NCBI GenBank assembly: GCA_013239625.1
Contig: MU056262.1
Location: 7,354,134 to 7,418,133, forward strand
Source of the DNA: Lama guanicoe
Lineage: Eukaryota
Length of the DNA stretch: 64,000 bases
Reading direction: 5' to 3'
Below the pieces are notes generated by a model, which had not been told where the DNA came from, did no database searches, and was given only the letters and a program-made list of their open reading frames with translations. A program made the position numbers and the translations under genes. This document shows positions 25,401 to 37,616 of this stretch, in pieces. Positions within the stretch are counted from its first letter, which is position 1. Every line of letters starts with the position of its first letter.

Positions 25401-26499
25401 GCAGACCAGCTCAACGCCACCTCCTCCGTGGAGCACCCCATGCAGCCCCAGCTCACCCAATGCCCACCCCCTTCCTCCCCATGGCAGGGTGGTGGACAGA
25501 CATGTGCAGAGCAATTATTTTCAGTGAACAAGGGCAGAGAGACTGTCCTGCCTGGCTCAGCATGGGCTGTGTGTGGACACCTGTGCTTGGAGCCAGCCCG
25601 TGTGGGCAGCAGGGACCCGCCCCTCTCTCCCTCCTCGCATCTCTCCTTCTCTCTTAACACTCATCCTCTGGTTTCTTGTGCATTTCTCTTCCTGAGGACA
25701 AATACCATGGGTCATCCTGTAATGTGCGGGGAAAATCCGGAGCTCCTTGTGAAAAGGCAGATTGAGACTTTCTTCCTCACGGCGGGAAACTGGAGCAGTG
25801 TGGTGGAAGGGCTAGCTCACCTTCCTCCTTCCCTCCCCTCTCATGTCCTGCATCGGGACTTTTCTAGAAGCACTAATGGTGCTTCGGTCCATGCAGTGCC
25901 CTGCCATGACATGAGGTTCACTTCTATGAGGAAGTCAGCAACCACTTGCTTCGAAGGAGGGCGGGAGAAAATCAAACTCATTGGAAAGGTGGCGGGCAGG
26001 GCACCTGTCTGCAGGCTGCTCGGCCCCGCGCTCCGCACATCCGGGGCTGGCAGACCAGACCCACGGAGAGGCTGGCCCAGCCCAAGGAAGAGGAGCTGAC
26101 TCCCCACAGGGCTGACCCCCCTACTTGTCCACTCTCCGCCTAAAACTTCACTCCCTGCAGGTGAGCCCTGACTTCAGGCCTCCTCCTGAGAACTCAAGCT
26201 TCTGGCTGCTTCCAAAGGCAGCCCCATGCTACATGCCAGTCTTTGGATAACTGCCTTCCCAGACATAGGGCCCCCGCCTCCCTCTCCTTGCCTGTCCCCT
26301 CTGTAGGATGCTCGTGGCCCCAGGCACCAGCCTCATCAGGAGTCCCGTTCCACTGCCTCAGATCCACTTCTGAATCAGACAGCAGTCACCTCCTGGGCTT
26401 GCCCTGCCCCGGCAGGCCGCCCTCCTGGCCCCCCTGGAGGACCTCCTCCCCAGTGCTGACCGTGCACCTGAGCCCTGCCGCCCACGCTTTGCTGACTAG

Positions 26500-26660
26500 G
26501 TGCTCTCACTCCACGCTGGCCTCAGTTTCCTCCTCTGTAAAATGGACACAATGACAGCACCCACTTTACAGGGTGGTGAGAGGCTTGGGTGAGATGGAGA
26601 GGTAGGGCGAGCCTCAGACGCCGGGGCATGCTCAGCGGTGGGCGTTATTACGGCTGATGT
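26500..26660 (+). mobile_element. MIR SINE
   Basis: ggcctcagtttcctcctctgtaaaatgga…acagggtggtgagagg. Confidence 0.75.
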
Positions 26661-27469
26661 CTTCCTCTCATCTTGGAACGCACCTCCGGCAGCCAACTAC
26701 TCCTAGACCGCAGCCTGCAGCTCCCACCTCCATGCCTGCGTGCACAGCGTACCCCCAGCAGGTTGCCCAGCCAGACACAGCAGACAAGCATAGATGTGAG
26801 TCCAGACAGGCCTAGGTTTGAACCTAGACTCCAGTGTGACTGAGAGGAAAAAGCCCCTTGGAGCTCCAGCTCGTCCATCTATAAAACCTCCCTCTTGGGG
26901 AGGATGGGAAATAAACACAGCGGACGTCGGAACACAGCCGGTATTCTCAGGCACGGTGCTCCTGGTCGTCCTTCTCTCCTCAGAAGACGCAGACAGGCTC
27001 CCCCCCAACCCCAGGCTTTGATCCAGACCACCTCGGGATCCTCCCGGAAAACCACCGGCTCCTCTCCCTGGAGGGGCTGTGAACCTGGCAGTACCCCAGG
27101 CGGCCTCCTCCTCGGCCCGGTGGTGTGGTCGATGTAACTGACAACTGCCCATGTCTGTTCGCTGAATCCAACACGCAGGCTTGCATCTGGCGAGCCTGCA
27201 TACGTTCCCCCAAGTTAAACGGGAGCCTGGGGAGAGAATGGCCTCTCTCAGCGTGTAGGGCCAAGAACAGGCCTCCCGCTCTCCTGCGAAGGTTATTTAC
27301 AGCCGTGTGTCCCTCCTGTGCCGCGTGTCGGCTGCTAGTAGCACCCTGTTCTAGAATGACAGCAAGGAGCGGGCTCGGAGGCCCCCGCCCGCCCCCTAGT
27401 ACACAGCAGGCTGAGGGGGGCCTGGGAGGAGCTGCAGGGAGCTGCTGGGGTGCGAGGGCTCCAGGATCA

Positions 27470-27900
27470 CACTGCCAGGGCAGGATTCCCAGCTTACTAG
27501 TTTGGGACTCTGGGCAGGTGACTTTACCTCTTTGAGCCTCTGTTTCCTAATCTGTCCAGTGGGCACTATTACATCGCCAGAGCGTGCAATGTGTGCAGTG
27601 CAGGGCACAGTGCCGACATTCTGTGTGTGCTGGCACTACTATGAGCTGGAGTGGAATGATCAGTACGTGGGCTCTGGGTGCTCTGTTTACAGAAAGGATG
27701 GGAAAGCAGTGGTGGTGTAAAGCACCTACTATGTGCTACGAGTGCACAGGCTTTTGTATTTAATCCTCAGAGCAAGCCAAGGAAGTAGGTGCATTGTTCC
27801 CATTCTAAGGCAGAAGAAAGGCTCCGAGGTTAAGTGACAGATTGAAATCAGTACAATAGCAGGAGATGTTCAGCCACACGTGCTGCCTCCCAAGTACCCC
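27470..27900. mobile_element. Two MIR SINEs in opposite orientation (+ ~27470-27640, - ~27720-27900)
   Basis: tttgagcctctgtttcctaatctgt…; agcacctactatgtgc…tttaatcctcagagc…cccattctaaggcagaagaaaggctccgaggttaagtgac. Confidence 0.75.
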
Positions 27901-28077
27901 GTGATGCTAGGATGCCTTGGGGGCTGCAGGGGGATTCACAATTCACAGGAAGGCTCGGCTGCCCCGTGGACATTCCAGGAGGAGAGGGGACTTGAGAAAA
28001 TGTGGCTGACTCACTGACTGGGACATCCCTCCAGGACACACCCTGAAACTTCCTGGGCAGAAATGCAGGGCCCCGGT

Positions 28078-28100
28078 CCCCACCCCCCACCCCCACCCCC
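28078..28100 (-). repeat. G-quadruplex-forming motif (four G-tracts, 1-nt loops)
   Basis: + strand ccccaccccccacccccaccccc. Confidence 0.7.
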
Positions 28101-31029
28101 AGAGCAGATGGGATTCCTTTCGGAAGGTAAGAGAGACGCAGCTCCATCTGCTGTTACCACCCAGATCAAAGCAGCCCACACCCTCCAGCCCTGCTCCCCT
28201 CCAGAGTCACGCCCCATCTCCAGCCCTTCCTGCATGTGCCCCTCTGCTGGAAGCACTCCTGCCTGCCTGTGGCCTGGGACTGCACCTGCCTCTGGGTAAA
28301 AGGCCCTTCCCTGGGGATCCCTCCTGGACTCTCCCGTGAGAGTGCACCCCTCTGTCCTGAGCTCCCACGGTATCCTGCTGTCCCCTCTGCTACCCACCCA
28401 GCCTGTGTGAGTGGCCGCCTCCACTGTAAGCTCCCAGAGGACAAGGACTGTGCTGTCTCACTGTCCTGCTGCATGTGGTTCAGCAAGAAAGGCTTATGTG
28501 GCAAACGAGGAGGAGTCAAGACCTGCTAAGAAATGGGGAATAATGACAGACGTGGGACAGAGGTTCAGCTAGTGGGAGTTGAAAGCCCTGGTCCTGTTTC
28601 CTTCTTGGGTGGGTGTCTAGGCTGGGCTGCAGGGTAGCTCTGCCTAACGTTTACGTCCTGAGTCCCGATGAGCATCAGCAGCACTGACAGATGCTCAGAC
28701 ATTCTGAGCCGCAGCCCTCAGCGCCCAGGTGTGGCTGAGACATGACAGAGAGAGATCCTGGCTGGCAGGGGGCTGCTTTAGGGGACCCCCCCTTCCAGGC
28801 TGCGGCTGTTTTCATCAAACCATCTCCCCCCAAAGTGCTTTTCCTTCTTACTCGGGTATGATTAGCAAAATGACCAGGCTTTGAGCTAAAAATCTGAATG
28901 CTTTATGTTCCTCCACAGGGGGAAAAAAATAAGACAAGAGAATCTATGAAAGTAACAAGGAATTTCATCCTTCAGTGGCCTTCAGAATGGATATTTTAGG
29001 CTCAGCCATCCATAAACACTGGGTAATATCATACTCTTGTAGTGCAGAGTGGATTCCACAGAACGAGCCACAAATCTGCATTTGGCCCAGCGAGGGGGGT
29101 CTCTATGAGCATTTAGAAATCTAAGTGATGGCTGCAATCCTCTGTGCCCAGGTAAACAGATTGCACAGCCAAGGGCCAATCAACCAGATAGCACTGTCTG
29201 CGGGCAATGTGCTTCTATGATGTGCAGAGAGAACTCGGCCCTGAGCTCAGGCAGCTTGAGTCGGCTGGGGAGGGGGCTTTGAGCTGGGACCTCAATCTCG
29301 TCAGCCCCCTACCTGTGACCTGTCCTGGATCCTGGAGGCTGCGGGGCTGAGTGATTTGGCCCCAGCTTCTGCCCACGCATTATCTCTGCCACCTTCCTTC
29401 CATTCTCACCTTCAACTCAGGGCCCAAGGGGACAAGGCTGCCTTGTCCCTTTATCTGTCCTCCCTCCTTCCTCTGCAAGCCCTGGGATTCTCTGCTTCCT
29501 TTCCTCCCTACCTGGTCCAGCCACTTCCCAGGCCTTCAGCTCCCAGCTTAAGCATCACACCCTCTGGATGCCCTCCTGACCCCAGGATGGATTCGCTGCC
29601 TCTTCTGCAAGTGACTCATTGATTGGAGGCAGTAAATGCCAAGCCTGCCACATGCTCAGTGCCACCTCTCTCCCAGTCCCACGTCCTTCCCACCTTGCTG
29701 CATTAACCAAGTCACACACACACACAGACACCCCCACACACCAAATGGACAGGCTGCTCTTCCTGAGCCAAGGTCATTCCCACGACTAAGACTCCATCCA
29801 TGCAGTTCCCTGGGGGCTTGCCTATCTCTGTCAAACCAAATTAAAAATTCAGAACCTCCTCCTTATCCTTCAAGGACCAGCTCAAACATGTAACCTCCTC
29901 TTTGAAGCCCCCTCTGATCAGAACCCCTAAAACTGCCCTCTGGCACCTGTGTCCCTCCACTCCTGGTGCCCCTGCTCCCCCCCGATCCCAGCAGCCATGT
30001 GCTCACATGTGTGTCCCAGGTGGAAAATAAACATCTATCTCAGCTGAGTCCCCTGCGTGATGCCTGGGTCTAAGGCACCTTTAACATCCCTGGTGCCCGC
30101 ACTGCTTCCGACATGCAGGAATGGGAAAGGTCAACGGGCTTCCTTCTCTTGTTTTATGAGCTAGTGACCTGGGTCCTGCAAGGAAGGGGCTTGTTGGGAC
30201 TGAGGGTGCCAGAGTGTCTACTCCCACACCTCCACTCAACTCAGAAGCACGTGCCCGTGACTGCCAAATAAGGAGGCAGTATCTGCCCCAGGAAAGTTGT
30301 GCCTGTGTGCAGCTAGCTCCGTTGATGCTGGATTTGGGGAAAATAAGGTAACAGTGTGTTTAATATAAGCCAGCATTACAGGCACGGTGTGTGTCATCGA
30401 GGGCAGCAGAATGGAGGCTTCCCAGCCTACCCACCAAGCCCCACGCTAAACATTTTCCATCCTTATCTCCCTTCTCCTCACAATGAGGCCACGAACTAAG
30501 CTCAACTCCCCTGTTTTACAGAACAGGAAACCGAGACAGTGAGTACCTGAGTCGCTGCCTGGCTGGCCACACGTATTATTCATGGTCAAGCTGCCTTCCA
30601 GAGTTCCAGGTCCAGTGGCCTGGGCCCGGGAGCACCTCATGAGCCTCACCGCTCTGCATGTGGGTTTCCAGAGCACACATCTGGGGCCTGGCTGCATCTG
30701 GACAGACGGCACAGCCCGCACCCAGGTTTACATCAGCCTGTCGGCAGCAGGCTTGCTCCCAACAGATCTTTTCCATCCCTCCTCCCCCGGCTCAGGAGAC
30801 TGGCAGAGTGGCATACTGGATTTCCAAAGGTGTCTTTCATTAGACAAATACATTCTTTTGATCACCCTCTGTCTTCCCAAAGTTGCAAAGGCTGAAGATC
30901 AAGTTGCCAAGCGGAATTCCGTTCATCACAGAGATAAACATTAGACATCTCCCCCCTCCACTGCCACCTTCAAAGAGCACCGTCAGCTGGTTGCAGCTGG
31001 CGGTTGTTCAGGACAACCTGGCCCGGGGC

Positions 31030-31150
31030 TGGGGAGGTCCAGGTTTGAATCCAAGCTCTGCTGCTACCCTTGAGCCAGTGTGACCTTGGGCAAGTCACTT
31101 CTCCTCTCCTAGATTTTGTTTCTCCATCTGTACAGCAAGTCTGGGCCTCT
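31030..31150 (+). mobile_element. MIR SINE
   Basis: ggtttgaatccaagctctgctg…tgtgaccttgggcaagtcacttctcctctc…tttctccatctgta. Confidence 0.8.
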
Positions 31151-32299
31151 GTAAACTATGAAATGACTCAGTGAATGAACTGATGAATTAATGAGTAACG
31201 TCCTACACCAGCCATCCTCCTGCTCTAAGATACAATGACTCTGAAGCATTTTTCTAATGAACAGCCCACTTTGGTGACTGCCAGACTAGAACCCAGCCAC
31301 ACTGAGGGAGGACCAGCATTATCATACCCGTAGTCTCTTTAACTGAAGAGATGGCTTAACGTCACAAGGCTCTCGGCTAGACCCAAAGCATGACGTGAGG
31401 TTGGGCCTCCCCTTTTCCGTTCACACTTAAACCCCGCTGTCCTTCCACATGGGCAGCCAGTGTGGGGCAAGGGGCCGCCCAGAGCTGGGGGCAGCTGGGT
31501 GGAGCACGAGCTGACCTCTCAAGGTCTCTCCCGGCTCCAGCTTCTCTGACTCCGGAACAGTCCCTGTGAATAATAGATCTGGTCTCTGACACCGTGCATG
31601 ATAAAGTGACCTGGTGCAAAGTCCTATTAAGATAAATCACATTTAAGTTGAGGAAATCATATGTTTGAATCCTGTAATTTAATGTCACTGTGACGCCCGA
31701 GAAGAAGAGGGAGCTCAATTAGAGGCTAATTAGACCAGGCGACTCACCAGCCCTGAGTTGCCTCTCTGCCTCTGGTGAAGGGACACACACGGAGTGACCG
31801 CAACCCCAGCCCCTGCGCCTTAGTTTCCTGCCTGTAAAATGGGGGCAGTCCTTGTGAAAAGAGATAGAAGTTCTTGAATAAGAGAAGTGAGGGCTCCAAG
31901 GAGGGGCCCAGAGCCCCCCGTTCAGCACCCCCGCGTCCTCTCTCCGCCCTGACACTGCCGGATTCTTCCAGGGCCCTTGGTAGGCTTCAGAGGGTCTGTG
32001 AACTCTGCACCACAAGATGCAAATCTGTGTGGGGTGGAGCTTGCAGGGGGGGTCTCTGAGAGTCTCCACCAGCTCTTCAGCAGGTGGTAGAGCCCCAAAC
32101 CACCGCACTCGCCCTCCTTTCCTTCAGCACCAACTGCTCTAAAATCTCTCCTGCTCTAGCCAACACCCTCCACTTCTGTCACTTCAGGCTGCTTTGCTTC
32201 TTCCTGCCGGGACCCACTGTGGCTCCGGTCACCATCCTACCTCCCCACTCCTCGCGGGCCTGCCATCATTCCCCTTCCCCTGACACTGCTCCTTCCAGC

Positions 32300-32780
32300 A
32301 TCACCACTGGTCTCCAAGGAGCCCCCTCCATCAGTCCTCACCCATCCTCACCTCTCTCCAGTGGCCACTCTTGGCCACTTCACTGACTCCCTGCCCCCTC
32401 TTGGCATCTGTGAACCAACACATGGTCCTTCTAGAGTAAGTGCCAGGCAAGCTTATCTCGTGTTCCCCCAGGGGTTCCATCCTCTTCTCTTCTGCTCTCG
32501 TGCAGCACGTGCTCTCCGGCCAGGCTTCCAGCGCCTCCAGGCTGAGGGGGCCGCAGTCTAGCGCCCGCCTAGACTTCTCCCTGGAGACTCAGCTGCACCT
32601 ACCCAGCTGCCTCCTGGATCCCACGGAGACTCCCAACATTCAGCATTCAGGAACCAATTCACCCATTTCATGTCCATCTCATGTAGCTGCGATAACTACA
32701 AACTCAGTTGCTACAAGCAGAAAATTTCCTCCTAAACTTCTTATCTCTTTCATCCCCAGCATTATGTTGGACTCCAAAAT
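32300..32780 (+). mobile_element. L2 fragment
   Basis: ctagacttctccctggagactcag…cccagctgcctcctggatccc…ctcccaacattcagcatt. Confidence 0.55.
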
Positions 32781-32812
32781 CTGAGACTTGAGAGATTTCC
32801 TGCCAGCTACGT

Positions 32813-33343
32813 TGTGGACACGAGGTGGTCACGGGCGGTAAAAGAATTTACCAAGAACCAGAGACCACGACGATCTGCTGCACAGATGAGAGGTGCCTGT
32901 GTGAGCCCTGGGGAGAAGCATGCAGGGTCTTTTACTGGAGGAGGGGACTGTGCACACAAGGGGTGGGGGCTGCATGATCATTTCATGCACAGGTGCCTGA
33001 CTGGTTGTAAGATCTGCCAGGGGCTACTCTGAACAATGGGATTTAGGACTCTGTTAAGGGCAGGCTGTCTCCTGGGGCAGTAGTTTTGTTGAAGGGAAGA
33101 CGTTTTTATCTTGCAGAAGGGCAGGTATGCAGCAGGTCCTGCGGTGGGGAGGCGGGGGATGCTAAGGTGTCTCCAGGCAGAGGGAGCGCCCTGGAGTGGG
33201 GGTTTTCCAACTTTATAGCTTCTTCAAAGAGTGCTATCTGCTTCCACAGAGTGGAGGTCTATGAAGGGAGGAACACTCCATCGGAATGACCAGGAGGGTC
33301 AAGGTTCCCATGAGAGGTTAATGCGTTGACGGAGGCTCTGTCA
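32813..33343 (-). mobile_element. Probable ERV1-class solo LTR (boundaries uncertain)
   Basis: Starts TG (tgtggacacgaggtggtcacgggcggtaaaagaatttaccaag), resembling reversed ERV1 LTR U5 ends; possible CA end at 33343; no clean TSD. Confidence 0.4.
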
Positions 33344-33909
33344 TGGAGTGGAGATTCCAGAAATAAGTAGGTGGGACAGGATGGGTAGAGGCTGAGCCGG
33401 GGATGGGGGGGTGGGGTGGAGGCCATAAGGAAAGAGGTGAGAGCACTCAGTCCTCTAGGCGGATACCATGACGAACAAGGTCAAGGGCACAGTGGGATTT
33501 GGGGGAAGGATGCGGATGAAATTAACAGACATCTAGGCTCAAAATGGAACGTGGGTGAACGTCCTCCGTAATGCCGCCTCCACCCTACTTCCTGCCAGAG
33601 TCTGAGTCCACTGTGTTTTACTGAAGCTCAGTAGGTGACCTTGGGAGGGGTGAGAAGAAGAAACTTAGCAAGGAGCTCAAGCCTACAGTAGCTGGGCACC
33701 CAAGCTCCATAGAAGGCAGGTGGAAAGCAGGGGCGTGGGTGGCCTCGGACCAAGACCAGCACCGAAGGACTGACAGGAACAGAACGTGGTTTCTTGGTCT
33801 CCAGTAATTAAAGTCAAAGAAGGATTTTCTTTATGATCATTTTGATCTAATGATGATGGCGATGGTGACAACTTTGATGCAAACAGTAAAAGGACAGCTT
33901 CCCTTTGGG

Positions 33910-34273
33910 CAGTCCTCCCCAAGTTTTAGTCGAGTTTTAAGCTTCAATAACTTCAGATAGAGCAATGCTGTAAATACACAAAAACTCATTTGAAAGTTGG
34001 TCTACAATTCTTTTGCATCTATGCACTTTTGTGAATTTTTTAAAAAAATAAGTCTTTAAATTTCCTTTTTTTTCTTCCTAGCCCTTCTGGCTGAGCACAG
34101 CAAATATTGACTAAAACAAAAATTAAAATTAAAAATGTATAAGTTCACAAAACTAAATACTTTAAAAAACAGAAATACTTCAACTTTCAAATGATGCATT
34201 TGGTAGGTTTATAGCATGTATGCTCTGTTGTTATTAACGCTTAAAATTGCACTGAAGCTTTTGGGATGCTTTG
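33910..34273. mobile_element. Long palindromic Tc1/mariner MITE (EutTc1-N2-like)
   Basis: Inverted arms, e.g. TCATTTGAAAGTTG 33986-33999 vs CAACTTTCAAATGA 34181-34194, TTTTGTGAA/TTCACAAAA, TTTTAAGC/GCTTAAAA; right end …ttttgggatgctttg followed by TA. Confidence 0.8.
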
Positions 34274-34289
34274 TATTTAAAAAGCATGG

Positions 34290-34440
34290 TTTTATCCAAT
34301 CCCCCAACAATCCCCTGAAGCTAGGTACTGTTATCACCCTCACTTGAGAGGCGAAAAACTGAGGGTCAGTGAGGTTAAGAGACTTGCCTGAGGGTTATTC
34401 AGGGGGGAATTCTGGAACTGAAGCTACCACTTCTTGTGAT
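34290..34440 (-). mobile_element. MIR SINE
   Basis: aggtactgttatcaccc…aaaactgagggtcagtgaggttaagagacttgcctgaggg. Confidence 0.8.
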
Positions 34441-35341
34441 CAAAATGAAGTTCTACTTCAGGAGGGGTTTGGGAAGGATGCCCCCCCAGCCCAGGCAGTG
34501 GCATCTCTCAAAGGATCTGCGAGCAAGTTGCCTTATACAGTAGCAAAGAACAGTTTCAGCAGACCTCAGCGTGGACAGAATGCAAACCAAGGGAAAGCAG
34601 AGAGTGGGCCTGAGAGATTATCTCAGGAGGGGCACTGCAGGGGGGAGTCGGAATCAGCGGGGGGTCAGGCTGGGAGGGGACAAGCCAAGCCGGGAGTGTT
34701 TCATCTCCACCCCTACTGGCCTCCAAGGATGCTTACACAGACTGCGTGGAGCTCCTGGGGTCCGTTTTGATGGGGATGGGGAGGGGAAGGGGGTGCGTGG
34801 ACCACATGGGGAAGGACTAAAGAAGGGTAAAAAGTAACCCAAAGGGAGACCTGAGAGCAGCAAGCAGAGGAAATGGATGAGAAATGTGGGGCTTGGGGAC
34901 ACGCATGCTCTGCGTGCCTGCTCAAATATTAATCAACAATGTATTTTAATGACACAGAACACCAGTGAGCATGGGAAGGGACACGAAGGGCTTTGGATAC
35001 CCTGAAGAACGGTGTCGTCACACCATGGTTTCATGGTCTCATCTGGAGAGGGAGCTTCGGCAAAACCATAAGCAAAACAGTCCCGGTGCGGGAGGCCAGC
35101 TCTGAAGCCTGAGTCAGCAGCTCCCTCCTAATCACATTGCGTTTGCATCTCCTAAAGTAACCGCCCCGTACAGTTGGACCATATCTCAGATCCTGAAGCT
35201 GCATGGTCTTTCCTACCTGGGAAGGGACAGGCTTGGGGTCAGGGAGGCCCCCCTAAACCCTGCTCAAAGCTTAGCCCCTGTGTGACCTTGTGCACGTGAT
35301 GGAACATCTGAAGTTCAGTCCTGACACCTGTGAAGTGGGAC

Positions 35342-35861
35342 TGAGACAGGAGGGGAGGGGGCAGGGCACAGCCACTGAAAGAATGGCACAGCCATTAGCA
35401 TCAAGATGGTGGAAGATTCAACTCCCGGTTGACCTTGAGCTTCAATATTCACTCACTGAAATACATACAACACATGCTAAATCACTCCCACAGGTGCCAA
35501 GACGGTTTCAAGGCTGATTATAAAAAGTCAAAAAGCGGGTGACGGCTCAATTTCTGGAAATCCCAGCCCCTTCCCCAAACTAGTTGGAATAACCCTCCCA
35601 CTTGTTAGCATATGAAGTTACCGAGCCCATAAACACCAACCACCCCACACCTCATGGCTTTTCTCTTGCCTTTGAGACAGCCTGCAATCTGTCTATGGAG
35701 TGTGTATCCTTCTGAATAAATCTACCTTCCCTCTACTATGGCTCGCTCTTAAATTCTTTCCTACGTGAAGCCAAGGACTCTCACTGGGTGGGGTGTGTTC
35801 CAGGGACTCGACCGAGACCTGGGACACAGCCATCCTCTCACACTCTGTTTTTCCTGTAGCA
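35342..35861 (+). mobile_element. MER41-like ERV1 solo LTR inserted in a MIR
   Basis: TG…CA ends, 4-bp TSD GGAC/GGAT, AATAAA 35715-35720, MER41-like blocks (caagatgg…; catgctaaatcactcccacaggtgcca; ttgttagcatat; ctgtctatggagtg; ctcgctcttaaattctttc). Confidence 0.85.
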
Positions 35862-37009
35862 GGATGGTGTTAGGTTTGTGGTGAATGTTAGTGATAAGCA
35901 TGTGAAGGGACCAGCACAGGCCCAGGCATGCTGTATGTGCAAGGCCAGCTCGGAACCCCGATGTTCCTGGGGTTCAGCTGTTTCCAGCTCTTCCTCATCT
36001 TGGTTGCTTGGGGCCGGGGCTCTGAGAAGAGCAGTGAGTTACTCAGCATCATACAGCTTGTTGTAGAGGGACTGGGCCCTCGGCCTGGGTCACTGGCTCC
36101 CTCACCGCTGTGTGCGGACTCCTCCCTGTGGGGCTGGCCAGCCCTGGGTAGGCCGAGGAAACGTGGTTCCTTCCACGTGTGATCTGGAGAGACCACCCCT
36201 CATCTTCTCAAGATGAGAGAGAATGAAATGCCAATTTCTTAGACCCATGATATAATAACACTGAACAGAAACAGGACCAGTGGCTGCCTCTGAAAGCGAG
36301 CCCTGCTTGTTCCAGAGGGAGACACGAGACAGCTAGCACAGCCACGGTTGTCAGACGCCACCCACGGGACATAGGCAGCGGGCCTGAGGCCGTCCGTCTA
36401 CAACACCCCATCCTCCGGGGGGACAAAAACAGGCTCAGAAAGCACAGGTCCATGACACAGAGTCTCTCGGCTCCTCCAGGAGGTAAGTGAGCCCCGAGTC
36501 CAGTGAGCCTGGTCATGAGGGGTGCGCCACACAGCCACCTCCAAGGCTCAGGGCAGGTCAGGGGGAAGACCCCAACCCGGGACACCTGCAGGCTGCTCGC
36601 ATTCTGACCTTCCTGCCAGATGAGAAGCCCACCTGGGAAGAAATGCGTGGCAGCTGGGGGAGGTTTGGGGCAGGGGGGACACAATCTGGGGAGATGATGG
36701 AGGAGGGTGGGCTGCCGACCTGGTCAGGTCTGCGTGTGAACCCTGGCTCCCTGCTTGAGCTTCAGTTGTCTCCAGCAGAAGATGGGCGTGACTGTAGTAA
36801 TAGCTGTCTACCTCACAGGGTTTTCAGGATCAAAGAGCAAGACTGCCTCCCATGTGGCAAATGTTACAGAAACGTCATTGCCTGTTCCCCTTCCTTATGC
36901 GACTACAGAATCACTCTTCCAAAGGGACCTTGGTCTTCCCCTCTTCTCACAAGCTGCTGGCCTCAGTTTATACATCAGAAAGTCTAAGGTCGTCAAGCTG
37001 CCTCACAGG

Positions 37010-37126
37010 CAGGGCTGCTGTGGCCAGCTGCTCAGGTGGGACACTGTACAACTCCAGGGGGCGCCACAGGTGAGGAGCAGCCCTGGAGCTGAGCAGAGCT
37101 GTAACCTTTTGTACAAAGGGGTACTG
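37010..37126. mobile_element. MER91-like palindromic hAT-Tip100 MITE with CTCF-like motif
   Basis: cagggctgc…actgtacaactccagggggcgcca…ccctggagctg; motif ACTCCAGGGGGCGCCA 37051-37066. Confidence 0.7.
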
Positions 37127-37339
37127 TGACAATTTCATTTATTACATCAGTTTGGAAAATGCCAGAGACTGCGAGGTTAGCATCATCACAGCAGTTTTCA
37201 GAAGAAGTTTTACAATCCTCCTTTGCAGAGTCTAAACATTTGTGGTACTTTTTAGCTCACTGTGAAATCAGCAATCACAACAATGACAAAAACAAAATTG
37301 GTTTAAATGCAGGTGCTAATCTCTACCCCAAGATTGCTC

Positions 37340-37535
37340 TAGTTATTTCTCAAACTTGAACAGGTATGTGACTCATTTGGAAAACTGTGAAAATGCAGAT
37401 TCTAATGGGAGGAGGGGGTTTCGGAGGGGGAAGAGAAGGGAGGGGCTGAGAGTCTGCATTTCTGACCATCTCCCCGGACCTGGTACTGGTGAGGCTGCCG
37501 CTGCTGTCTCAGGGACCACACTTGGAGTGACTCTG
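37340..37535. mobile_element. MER5-type hAT-Charlie MITE
   Basis: tttctcaaacttgaac…aaaatgcagattct…gctgagagtctgcatttctgac…gggaccacacttggagt. Confidence 0.8.
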
Positions 37536-37616
37536 TAACTCCCACCAGCACCAGGCACCGGCATAAGGGATGGAATTTTTTTTTCCTCTTGATTTGTTGA
37601 GAACTAGCTAGAAATA

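Noticed and set aside
25326-26099. Longest ORF in the track (257 aa)
   Set aside because: Non-ATG start, begins in an L2 remnant, no domain-like composition; expected by chance in GC-rich DNA.
34771-34795. Additional G4-like motifs (also ~33398-33420)
   Set aside because: Common in GC-rich mammalian DNA; no context suggesting function.
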